From an uncultured Faecalibacterium sp. (GTDB lineage Bacteria > Bacillota > Clostridia > Oscillospirales > Ruminococcaceae): a stretch of 42,328 nt of DNA. The position numbers and the translations under genes were made by a program. Positions within the stretch are counted from its first letter, which is position 1, and every line of letters begins with the position of its first letter. Under the pieces are notes generated by a model that was not told the origin of the DNA, did not search any database, and worked only from the letters and a program-made list of their open reading frames with translations. Positions 1 to 7,944 of the stretch are shown here, piece after piece. The stretch is taken from the NCBI GenBank assembly GCA_964511805.1, contig CAZEIG010000001.1, positions 1 through 42,328 of the forward strand, given 5' to 3'.

Positions 1-2
1 CC

Positions 3-1295
3 GTCATTGCCGAAGCCCCCAAGGGCGGCGCGTCCGCTTCGGCCAAAGCGGCCCCCCGGCAGGAGGGGGTCACCACCCTGACGGCCCGCCGCCTGGCTGA
101 CATCAGCACCACCGAAGAGAAAAGCCGGATCATCACCGGCATCAGCGAGCTGGACCGGGTACTGGGCGGCGGCATCGTGCTGGGCGGGGTAGTCCTGCTG
201 AGCGGCGAGCCGGGCGTGGGCAAGTCTACCATGCTGCTCCAACTCTGCGGGGCCATCTCGGATCGGTACAGTGTCCTCTACGTCACCGGTGAGGAATCGG
301 TGCGGCAGGTCAAACTGCGGGCCACCCGGCTGAATATCCCGCAGGAGAACATCTATCTGGTCGCCGAGAACGATGTGGACGAGATCTGCGGCCTGATCGA
401 GAAGGAGCGCCCCAACCTGGTGGTCATCGACTCGATCCAGACCATGCGCTGCGCCGACATCTCTTCTTCGTCCGGCACGGTGAGCCAGGTCAAGGAGAGC
501 ACCGCCCGGCTGCTGGCGGTGGCCAAAAAGCAGGAGATCCCCATGTTTCTGGTGGGCCACGTCAACAAGGACGGCGCCATCGCCGGCCCCAAGGTGATGG
601 AGCACATCGTGGATACCGTCCTCTACTTCGAGGGAGACAAGATGCTGCCCTATCGCATCCTGCGGGCGGCCAAAAACCGCTACGGCTCCACCAATGAGCT
701 GGGGATGTTCGATATGACCGGTCGGGGTCTGACCGAGATTGCCAACCCCTCCCAGCAGCTGCTGGAAGGCCGGCCTCTGGGTGTGTCGGGGAACTGTGTG
801 GCCTGCACCATGGAGGGCACCCGCCCCATTCTCAGCGAGATCCAGGCGCTGGCCGCCAAGACCACTTTCCCGTCGCCCCGGCGGGCCTGCACCGGCTACG
901 ACTACAACCGGGTCAACCTTCTCATCGCGGTGCTGGAGCGGCGGGCAGGCTACTTTTTCGGGAACCTGGACGTCTATGTCAACATCGTGGGCGGCATTGC
1001 TCTGCGGGACACCTCCTGTGACCTGACCGTCTGCCTGAGCATGATTTCCTCGCTGCTGGACAGGCCGGTCAACGACAAACTGATCGCCATCGGAGAGATA
1101 GGCCTGGGCGGGGAGATCCGCAGCGTCCCCAACCTGGAACAGCGTCTGCGGGAGGCCGAGCGAATCGGCTTTGAACAGGCAGTTATCCCCAAACACAGCC
1201 TGCGGCATCTGGATGCCGCCGACTACCCCGGCCTGAAACTAGTGGGCGCGGCCTATGTGTCGGAGGCGCTGGCGGTGCTGAAATCTGGAAAGTGA
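3..1295 (+). CDS. radA: DNA repair protein RadA/Sms (5'-truncated by window edge)
   Basis: Walker A GEPGVGKST, VIDSIQ, RadA KNRYG motif and Lon-like C-terminal domain; the frame is open from position 3. Confidence 0.97.
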   Translation, partial: VIAEAPKGGASASAKAAPRQEGVTTLTARRLADISTTEEKSRIITGISELDRVLGGGIVLGGVVLLSGEPGVGKSTMLLQLCGAISDRYSVLYVTGEESVRQVKLRATRLNIPQENIYLVAENDVDEICGLIEKERPNLVVIDSIQTMRCADISSSSGTVSQVKESTARLLAVAKKQEIPMFLVGHVNKDGAIAGPKVMEHIVDTVLYFEGDKMLPYRILRAAKNRYGSTNELGMFDMTGRGLTEIANPSQQLLEGRPLGVSGNCVACTMEGTRPILSEIQALAAKTTFPSPRRACTGYDYNRVNLLIAVLERRAGYFFGNLDVYVNIVGGIALRDTSCDLTVCLSMISSLLDRPVNDKLIAIGEIGLGGEIRSVPNLEQRLREAERIGFEQAVIPKHSLRHLDAADYPGLKLVGAAYVSEALAVLKSGK

Positions 1296-1313
1296 AATGC
1301 AAAGGTGAGCGAC

Positions 1314-1922
1314 ATGCAGAACAAGATCCTCTTATATATCCACGGCAAGGGCGGCAGCGCCCAGGAGGCGGAGCAGTACCGAAAGAACTGCCCCGGCTTT
1401 GAGGTAGCCGGCGTCGATTACGACGGCAGTTTCCCATGGACGGCGCGGCCGACGATCCAGGCGGCCTGTCTGAAGGCGGAGAAAACATTTGACCAGGTAT
1501 GGGTCCTTGCCAACAGCATCGGGGCTTACTTCGCGATGGACGCCCTGCAGAGCCGTGCGGTCCACAAAGCGCTCTTCATCTCCCCGGTGCTGGACATGGA
1601 GAGTCTCATCCTCGACATGATGTCTTGGGCGGTCGTATCGGAAGATGCGCTGCGCGCCGAGGGCGAGATTCCCACCCCTTTCGGGGAGACGCTGTCCTGG
1701 GATTACCTCTGCTTTGTCCGGGACAACCCCATCCGCTGGAACGTCCCGACCGAAATCCTCTATGCCGGACAGGACAACCTGACCTCCCGGCAGACGGTGG
1801 ACGCTTTCCTCGCCAGCCATCCCCGCGCGGGCCTCACCGTGATGGAAGGGGGCGAGCACTGGTTCCACACCGAAGCGCAGCTGACTTTTCTGGATGGGTG
1901 GATGCAGCAAGCAATACAGTGA
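1314..1922 (+). CDS. Alpha/beta hydrolase (YqiA-like esterase)
   Basis: IHGKGGS, nucleophile elbow ANSIG, GQD and GEHWFH; ATG 1314 follows AAGGTGA (GTG 1305 is an alternative start). Confidence 0.8.
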   Translation: MQNKILLYIHGKGGSAQEAEQYRKNCPGFEVAGVDYDGSFPWTARPTIQAACLKAEKTFDQVWVLANSIGAYFAMDALQSRAVHKALFISPVLDMESLILDMMSWAVVSEDALRAEGEIPTPFGETLSWDYLCFVRDNPIRWNVPTEILYAGQDNLTSRQTVDAFLASHPRAGLTVMEGGEHWFHTEAQLTFLDGWMQQAIQ

Positions 1923-1968
1923 AAGCTGTATCCAGCAGAGAATGACCATGACAGAGAGGACGGCAATT

Positions 1969-2379
1969 ATGACTTCTATGGAAATCGTGAAATATTTCTA
2001 TGAAACCATTGTTTCGGAAAACCGGATGGACGAGCTTCCCGATTTTATATCACCGGAATGCTGTGTGAACGACGGCGGCCGCCTGCTCCATATAGGCGTA
2101 GAAGGAATGGCAGAGCATATCGCCATGACCAAGCAGACCTATCCCGATTATGCCATCAAGGTCACGCGGCAGTTCTGCGACGGGGAATATATCGTTACCG
2201 AGTTCATCATGGAGGGCACCCATGAAGGGGAGTGGATCGGGATCAAACCGACCCACAAAAAACTGAAATTTACTGGCGTCGACATCGACCGGGTGATGGA
2301 TGGAAAAATCGTAGAGCACGGCGGCGCCGTCAATACCTTTCAGACGCTGCTGGAAGAAAAGCTGATCCGGCCGGTATAG
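1969..2379 (+). CDS. SnoaL-like ester cyclase
   Basis: GTHEGEWIGIKPTHKK and DRVMDGKIVEH signatures; GAGAGGA RBS before ATG 1969. Confidence 0.85.
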   Translation: MTSMEIVKYFYETIVSENRMDELPDFISPECCVNDGGRLLHIGVEGMAEHIAMTKQTYPDYAIKVTRQFCDGEYIVTEFIMEGTHEGEWIGIKPTHKKLKFTGVDIDRVMDGKIVEHGGAVNTFQTLLEEKLIRPV

Positions 2380-2406
2380 ACAGAAGCAAATACCGAGAGG
2401 GAAGAT

Positions 2407-2895
2407 ATGACAACAGATAAAACAAAGCTTCAAATCGCCCTTCTTCAAGTTACCCCCGGCGGGGCGTTGGAGGAAAATCTGGAAAAGGGCATTGCCTGCT
2501 GCCGGAAGGCCTGGGCAATGGGGGTAGACATCGTCCTCTTTTCTGAAATGTGGAGCAACGGCTACCGTATCGACGGCCGCCCCGCTGACCAATGGACCGC
2601 CGACGCCATCCCGGCGGACGGGGCGTTTGTCCTGGCTTTCGGCGCACTGGCAAAAGAGCTGGAAATGGCCGTCGGGGTGGCCTATACCCCGGCGTCGGAT
2701 GGCTCCCGCGACACCTGCATCCTGCAGGCCGGCGGGGAAGAGGGGATCTATATCGCTTCCCTGGACCTGGCCCAGCTTCGCGCCTACCGTGCCTGCGAGG
2801 TGCACGGTAACGCCTACCGACATCCGCGGAAGTATAGCCTGCTGACCCGGCCCGGGATCGAAGCGCCCTTCATCCGGGATTACTACCGCGCATAA
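2407..2895 (+). pseudogene. Carbon-nitrogen hydrolase with a large in-frame internal deletion
   Basis: Nitrilase N-terminus (IALLQ...LFSEMW) is joined near 2674-2680 to the C-terminus (GEEGIYIASLDL..LR); the segments carrying catalytic Lys and Cys are absent; only 162 aa. Confidence 0.75.
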
Positions 2896-2909
2896 AATCG
2901 AGGGAAATT

Positions 2910-4082
2910 ATGTCGATCTATCTGGACGAAAAGAACCCATCCAAACACAAGCCGTTTCAGGACGCCTCGCCCGATGTGGTGGACTATGTTCGCTATCTGG
3001 AAGTCATCGCGGGGAAGAGCGCCAACACGGCCTTCAATTACTACTGCGACCTGCGGAATTTCAGCCGCTTTATGAAGCAGCGCCGCGGCCTGGTGCCCGA
3101 GGATACCCCCACGCAGGAGATCGACCCCAAAGGTCTGGACACGGCTTTCTGGGCCAGCGTGACCAAGGAGGATATCTACGAATACCTCTACTTTCTGAAC
3201 CAGACCTGCGGCAACAAGAAGTCCTCGACAGCCCGGCGGCTGGCCAGCCTTCACGGCTTCTATGACTATATGGTCAATCATGCCAGCCGCCTGGAGCAAG
3301 ACCCCACCGTGGCGGTCAAGCCGCCCAAACAGGACAAAGTCCTGCCCAAGTACCTGACGGCCGACCAAGCTGTGGAGCTGATGGAAGCGACCCGCACCGG
3401 CAGCGACTTCCCCGAGCGGGACTACTGCATGGTGGTCCTGTTCCTGAACTGCGGGATGCGTCTGGCCGAGCTGGTGGGGATGAACCTGGAGGACATCGAC
3501 CTGAAAGGGCGGCAGATCCGTCTTTTCGGGAAGGGGCACAAGGAGCGGATCGTCTATCTGAACGATGCCTGCGTCGAAGCGCTGGACCGTTATCTTCAAA
3601 AGCGGGGCAGCGTCGAAGGGCTCTCGCCCAAGGAGCGGGCGGTCTTTATCACCCGCCGGCGGAAGGAACGGATCTCCAACCGGCGGGTGGAGCAGCTCGT
3701 CACTGGTGCCATGAAGGCCGCCGGTCTGAAGGGCTTCTCGACCCACAAGCTGCGGCATACCGCGGCCACCCTGATGTACCAGACCGGGAATGTGGATGTC
3801 CTGACCCTGAAAGAGTTGCTGGGCCACAGCAGCGTCGGCACCACCCAGATCTATACCCACTTGCAGGATACCCAGGTGCGCGCCGCCATCGAGGCCAATC
3901 CCTTGGGCACGTCCCGGCAGGGCAGGCAGGCCGCAGAAGCCGCCGCAGAAACGGAACCTGCGGCCGCACCTCTGCCGGAAAAGCCGGAGGAACTGGCAGG
4001 GGAGGGCACAGGGGAGCCGCTGCCCGACATCCTGCCCACTTTGGACGAGCTGGGGGAAGCGGCTCCGCCGGAGCTTTCCTGA
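2910..4082 (+). CDS. xerC: XerC/XerD-family tyrosine recombinase
   Basis: Complete catalytic set: GMRLAEL, GKGHKER, HKLRH, LGHSS, TTQIYTH; N-terminal SAM-like core-binding domain (ARRLASLHGFY); C versus D assignment is nominal. Confidence 0.9.
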   Translation: MSIYLDEKNPSKHKPFQDASPDVVDYVRYLEVIAGKSANTAFNYYCDLRNFSRFMKQRRGLVPEDTPTQEIDPKGLDTAFWASVTKEDIYEYLYFLNQTCGNKKSSTARRLASLHGFYDYMVNHASRLEQDPTVAVKPPKQDKVLPKYLTADQAVELMEATRTGSDFPERDYCMVVLFLNCGMRLAELVGMNLEDIDLKGRQIRLFGKGHKERIVYLNDACVEALDRYLQKRGSVEGLSPKERAVFITRRRKERISNRRVEQLVTGAMKAAGLKGFSTHKLRHTAATLMYQTGNVDVLTLKELLGHSSVGTTQIYTHLQDTQVRAAIEANPLGTSRQGRQAAEAAAETEPAAAPLPEKPEELAGEGTGEPLPDILPTLDELGEAAPPELS

Positions 4083-4101
4083 ACGGAGGTAAAATGCAGC
4101 A

Positions 4102-4884
4102 ATGGAACAGCTTCAAAATGTGCCTTTCGGCAATGTGATGGGTATGGTTTTCTCTCTGGCGGTGGCCTTTGGGCTGCCGGCCGGGCTCTTTCTCTACCTG
4201 TGGCGGAAAAAGAAGGCAAGCCCCCTCAGTTTTGTGGTGGGGATGGCCGTCTTTGTCCTCTTTGCGCTGGTGCTGGAAAGCTCGGTCCATTCCGTCGTTT
4301 TCAGCCTGACCGGCACCCTGCTCACCGGCAATCTCTTCCTGTACGCTCTGTATGGTGCCTTGATGGCCGCCGCCTTTGAGGAGACGGGGCGTTATCTTGC
4401 CTTCCGCTTCCTCTTGCGAAACCGCCTCACCCGGGAAAACGCCCTGATGTACGGCGCGGGCCACGGCGGCGTCGAGGCGATGGTCCTGCTGGGCATTACA
4501 TCCATCAACAACCTGGCCAATTCCGTCCTGGTGAACAACGGCTCAATGACAGGCGTCCTCGCCACGCTGGACGAAACCACCCGGCAGACCGTGACCGCCA
4601 ACCTGTCCACCCTCTGGGAAACGCCCGCCTACCTCTTTTTCATAGCCGGCTTTGAGCGGATCGTTGCCGTCTGTCTGCACGTTGCGCTGTCGGTCCTGGT
4701 CTACCGCGCCGTCAGGGACGGGAAGGCCCGCTGGTACTGGGCCGCCTTTGGCGCCCATTTCGCGGTGGATTTTGCGGCGGTGCTCCTGCCCAATGTCTCG
4801 ATCTTTTTCACCGAGGCTGCGTTTGTCCTTATGACAGCCGCCGCCGTCTGGTATGCCGCTAAGGTCTACCGGGAAACAGAATAA
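4102..4884 (+). CDS. YhfC-family glutamic intramembrane protease
   Basis: Multiple hydrophobic helices; FEETGRY, GAGHGGVE and ERxxAxxxH motifs. Confidence 0.85.
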   Translation: MEQLQNVPFGNVMGMVFSLAVAFGLPAGLFLYLWRKKKASPLSFVVGMAVFVLFALVLESSVHSVVFSLTGTLLTGNLFLYALYGALMAAAFEETGRYLAFRFLLRNRLTRENALMYGAGHGGVEAMVLLGITSINNLANSVLVNNGSMTGVLATLDETTRQTVTANLSTLWETPAYLFFIAGFERIVAVCLHVALSVLVYRAVRDGKARWYWAAFGAHFAVDFAAVLLPNVSIFFTEAAFVLMTAAAVWYAAKVYRETE

Positions 4885-4906
4885 AACGCTGAAAGGAGTT
4901 TTTGCA

Positions 4907-5467
4907 ATGACAGAGACCTGTATAGTCAACGGCTGCGCCTACACCCTCCGCAAGCTGCTGGGGAAAGGCAAGGGCGGCTATTCTTACCTCGCGGACGACG
5001 GGGAGGGCAGGGAAGTGGTGGTCAAACAGATCCACCACGAACCCTGTGACTACTACCAGTTCGGCAACAAGATCGAGGCCGAACTGTCCGACTATAGGCG
5101 ACTGTCGGCCATCGGGATCGCCATGCCCAAGATGCTCGACATCGACCTGGTCGCCGAGCGGATCGTAAAGGAGTACATCGCCGGGGAGACGGTATACCAG
5201 CTCGTCCTGCAGGACAAGCTGCCGGACATCTGCCTGGATCAGATGCGGGCCATGTGCTGCCTGCTCTACCCGGCCAATACCAACATCGACTATTTCCCCA
5301 CCAACTTTATCTTGCAGGACGGTATTCTATATTACGTGGACTACGAGTGCAACGACTACTACGAGTGCAACGACTACATGGAAGAATGGAACTTTGAAAA
5401 CTGGGGTATCAAATACTGGTCCAAAACGCCAGAATTTTTGGCGTATGCAGAAGAACATAAGTCGTGA
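4907..5467 (+). CDS. Small protein-kinase-like-fold protein
   Basis: Gly-rich GKGKGGYSY, VVVK, catalytic-loop-like NIDYFPTNF, VDYE; AAAGGAG RBS before ATG 4907. Confidence 0.7.
   Translation: MTETCIVNGCAYTLRKLLGKGKGGYSYLADDGEGREVVVKQIHHEPCDYYQFGNKIEAELSDYRRLSAIGIAMPKMLDIDLVAERIVKEYIAGETVYQLVLQDKLPDICLDQMRAMCCLLYPANTNIDYFPTNFILQDGILYYVDYECNDYYECNDYMEEWNFENWGIKYWSKTPEFLAYAEEHKS
5342..5377 (+). repeat. Perfect 18-nt tandem duplication
   Basis: TACGAGTGCAACGACTAC x2, giving YECNDY-YECNDY. Confidence 0.95.
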
Positions 5468-5471
5468 GGCC

Positions 5472-5549
5472 ATCATCGGCTTCGTGGATACCGATGTTGA
5501 GCTGTTGACCGGTAGCATCCGCTACACGTCGATGAAGTATACAAGATAG
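5472..5549 (+). pseudogene. 3' remnant of a GNAT acetyltransferase gene
   Basis: Translates IIGFVDTDVELLTGSIRYTSMKYTR*, resembling the GF.DT..E....GIR(Y/F)TPM tail of Firmicutes GNATs (recalled pattern); no start codon. Confidence 0.5.
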
Positions 5550-5560
5550 GAGGCACAGAC

Positions 5561-5776
5561 ATGAAAAACACCAATACCTGTCCCAAATGCGGCGGCCATG
5601 AGATCGTCAGAGTGCCCGGCAAAGCCGGGGCCTATGGTTCGGGTAATTATGTCCCGCTGGGCTGGTCGATCTTTACCACCGCGCCGGTCCATCGGTATGT
5701 CTGCTGCAGCTGCGGCTATGTAGAAGAATGGGTGGACCGGGAAGATGTTAACAAAATCAAAGAAAAATACCGATGA
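5561..5776 (+). CDS. Small zinc-ribbon protein
   Basis: CPKC...CCSCGYVEEW; AGGAGG RBS. Confidence 0.8.
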   Translation: MKNTNTCPKCGGHEIVRVPGKAGAYGSGNYVPLGWSIFTTAPVHRYVCCSCGYVEEWVDREDVNKIKEKYR

Positions 5777-5805
5777 AACGTTTGAAGAAATGGAGGTGAA
5801 TTGTC

Positions 5806-6222
5806 ATGACGGTTTCGAAAATGCACGCGGTCCTTCCGGCAGACGTCTGGAGAGTGTGGGATGTGGTCACCGATGTCAGGTGTTACCCCGACTGGCGCAG
5901 CGGACTAAGCCGGGTCGAGGTGCAGGACGAGGCCGTGTTTGTAGAGTACACCCAGAACGGGTACGCCACAAAATTTACCATCACAGAGACCAATCCCGGC
6001 AGGCGCTGGGCGTTCACCATAGACAACAGCCATATGACGACGGGCCGATGGGTGGGAATTTTCCGTCAGGTGGGGGCTGGGACGGTAGTTACCTTCGCAG
6101 AATATGTGACGGCCAAAAAATTATTCCTGCGGCCGTTTGTGAAACTGTACCTGAAAAGGCAGCAGGCGGTGTTTCTGTCTGACTTGAAAAAGGCACTGTA
6201 TGATGGCGAGGTAGAACTTTGA
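5806..6222 (+). CDS. SRPBCC/polyketide-cyclase family protein
   Basis: VWDVVTD..YPDWRSGL and VVTFAE; GGAGGTG RBS. Confidence 0.8.
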   Translation: MTVSKMHAVLPADVWRVWDVVTDVRCYPDWRSGLSRVEVQDEAVFVEYTQNGYATKFTITETNPGRRWAFTIDNSHMTTGRWVGIFRQVGAGTVVTFAEYVTAKKLFLRPFVKLYLKRQQAVFLSDLKKALYDGEVEL

Positions 6223-6269
6223 AAAGGCGCTGGATATTTTGACACGGGCAGGGTAATCAGGTAACTTGA
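6215..6269 (+). pseudogene. Possible 3' remnant of an ACT-domain gene
   Basis: NFEKALDILTRAG*; removing one A gives ...AGYQVT*, like the C-terminal helix of small ACT-domain proteins (recalled pattern). Confidence 0.35.
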
Positions 6270-6327
6270 CGGACAGGCGATAGAGCTTGCTGAGTTGTAT
6301 ACAACGCAATAATATGAGGATAATCGA

Positions 6328-6741
6328 ATGAAGAAAATCGGTCTGGCGGGCGGGATCGGCCCGGCGTCCACGGTGGAATATTATCTGGGCCTTACCAAAA
6401 ATCGCCTTGTCGAGCATGGATGCTATCCGGAAATCGTGAGAACACAACGAATCCATTATAAATAAAGCGTATAAAGCGTGATTACGTCAAATTAACGGAT
6501 ATAGAGACGCTTGGCGGGCTGATTTATCCCAATCTTGAAAATGGCATCGTTGTACCAGACGACAAAGAAAAAATCATCTCTATGGCGAATCGATACATTG
6601 CCAGCAAAGCGGCGACGGATTGATCCTTGGCTGTACTGAACTGCCGCTTACAGTCAAACAAGAAGATATCTGCTTGCCGGTATTGAGCACAACACAAATT
6701 TATTTTATATTGATGCGATTGAACGATTTGCAACTGCATGA
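6328..6741 (+). pseudogene. Aspartate/glutamate racemase family pseudogene
   Basis: MKKIGLAGGIGPASTVEYY (stop at 6463-6465), then IYPNLENG, ILGCTELPL and YIDAIERFATA* fragments separated by frameshifts; central part missing. Confidence 0.85.
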
Positions 6742-6843
6742 ATGGACGTCTAAGGCCGTGGAAGCCCAAAACGCATACACAGCATACACAAAGGACCTCG
6801 AAAGGCCTGAAATGGCCCGAGAGGGCTTTTTTCTCTCCCCTAA

Positions 6844-6871
6844 ACTTCGTATAACGTGTATTATACGAAAT
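6844..6871. other. dif: dif-like site-specific recombination site (11-6-11)
   Basis: ACTTCGTATAA-CGTGTA-TTATACGAAAT; arms 6842-6854 and 6861-6873 are 12/13 inverted; intergenic, at the +/- gene convergence point, ~2.8 kb from a Xer gene. Confidence 0.8.
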
Positions 6872-6961
6872 TTGCGTATAGAGAAAATAAGTCCCCCTCT
6901 TCTCTCCCAAACTCTCAAATCATTATTCCAACCAGCCGTTCCAGCGTCGAACCAGATCAGC

Positions 6962-7012
6962 AAAAAACGCACTCCTCTCCCCGCGCCTGTGCGCCGGATC
7001 AGAAGTGCGTTT
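6962..7012 (-). terminator. Intrinsic terminator after aguB
   Basis: AAACGCACT...AGTGCGTTT inverted repeat with an A-run at 6962-6967 (U-tract on - strand). Confidence 0.6.
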
Positions 7013-7039
7013 CTCTCATGGTTATTTATGGTGCTGCGG

Positions 7040-7918
7040 TCAGTCCATATCGCAGATGGCGCCGTAGCATTCCGGGCGGCGATCCCTGAACAGGCCCCAT
7101 TCCATCCGCGCCTGCCGGATGGCCGCAAAGTCATAGCTTGCCGTTAGGACTGCATCCCCATCCCGCCCTGCTTCTGTCAGGATCGCCCCTGTCTCGTCAG
7201 TCATAAAGCTGCTGCCGTAAAACCGCAGTGCGCTCTGCTGGCCACCGTTTTCCCTGCACGGCGTTACCACCTCGGTGCCATAGCGGTTTGCCGCAACGAC
7301 CGGCAGGACGTTGGCGGCGGCGTGGCCCTGCATGGTCCGTTGCCAGTGACCGACGCTGTCCACCGCCAGGATCGGCTCGCTGCCGATGGCTGTTGGATAC
7401 AAGATGAGATCGGCGCCTCCCAGTGTCAGGCAGCGCGCCGTCTCCGGGAACCACTGGTCCCAGCAGATCCCAACCCCTACCCGGCCGTACTGGGTATCAA
7501 ACACCCGGAACCCCGTGTTGCCGGGGGTAAAATAAAACTTCTCTTGGTAATAGTGATCATCAGGGATGTGAGTCTTACGGTAGATGCCGAGGAGGCGGCC
7601 ATCGTCCAGCATGGCGACGCTGTTGAACAGCCGTGTGCCGTCTTTTTCGTAAAAGCTGACCGGTATCACCAGATCCAGCTCGTGGCTGACCGTCAGAAAA
7701 CGCTGCACCGCTGGATTTTCATCTGCCGGCATGGCATAGTCATAGTATTCGTACCGTCGTTCCTGGCAGAAATACGGACGTTCAAACAGCTCAGGCAGAA
7801 GGACGATATGAGCCCCTTGGGAGGCGGCCTGGCGTACCAGCGTCTCGGCGTTGGCCAGATTTTGGGCCGGGTCGGCGCAGCAGGTCATCTGGATGGCTGC
7901 AACCACGGTCTGAGGCAT
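7040..7918 (-). CDS. aguB: N-carbamoylputrescine amidase
   Basis: LPELFERPYFCQ, YRKTHIPDD, YQEKFYF, GICWDQWFPE; adjacent to aguA. Confidence 0.95.
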   Translation of the reverse strand: MPQTVVAAIQMTCCADPAQNLANAETLVRQAASQGAHIVLLPELFERPYFCQERRYEYYDYAMPADENPAVQRFLTVSHELDLVIPVSFYEKDGTRLFNSVAMLDDGRLLGIYRKTHIPDDHYYQEKFYFTPGNTGFRVFDTQYGRVGVGICWDQWFPETARCLTLGGADLILYPTAIGSEPILAVDSVGHWQRTMQGHAAANVLPVVAANRYGTEVVTPCRENGGQQSALRFYGSSFMTDETGAILTEAGRDGDAVLTASYDFAAIRQARMEWGLFRDRRPECYGAICDMD

Positions 7919-7944
7919 TGCTTTCCCCTCCTTGTTATACCTTA

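Noticed and set aside
2910-6874. Prophage, ICE or classical integron built around the tyrosine recombinase
   Set aside because: No phage, conjugation or excisionase genes, no flanking direct repeats or repeated attC-like spacers were seen, and the protein lacks an obvious IntI-specific insertion
6841-6874. Engineered loxP or vector contamination
   Set aside because: Five arm mismatches, a different spacer and no vector or marker sequence nearby; it fits a native dif-like site
6524-7147. ORFs 6524..6910, 6620..7147 and 6700..7134 as real genes
   Set aside because: Only the first ~27 aa of 6620..7147 are a racemase fragment; the rest crosses the dif-like site and a terminator with no recognisable motifs
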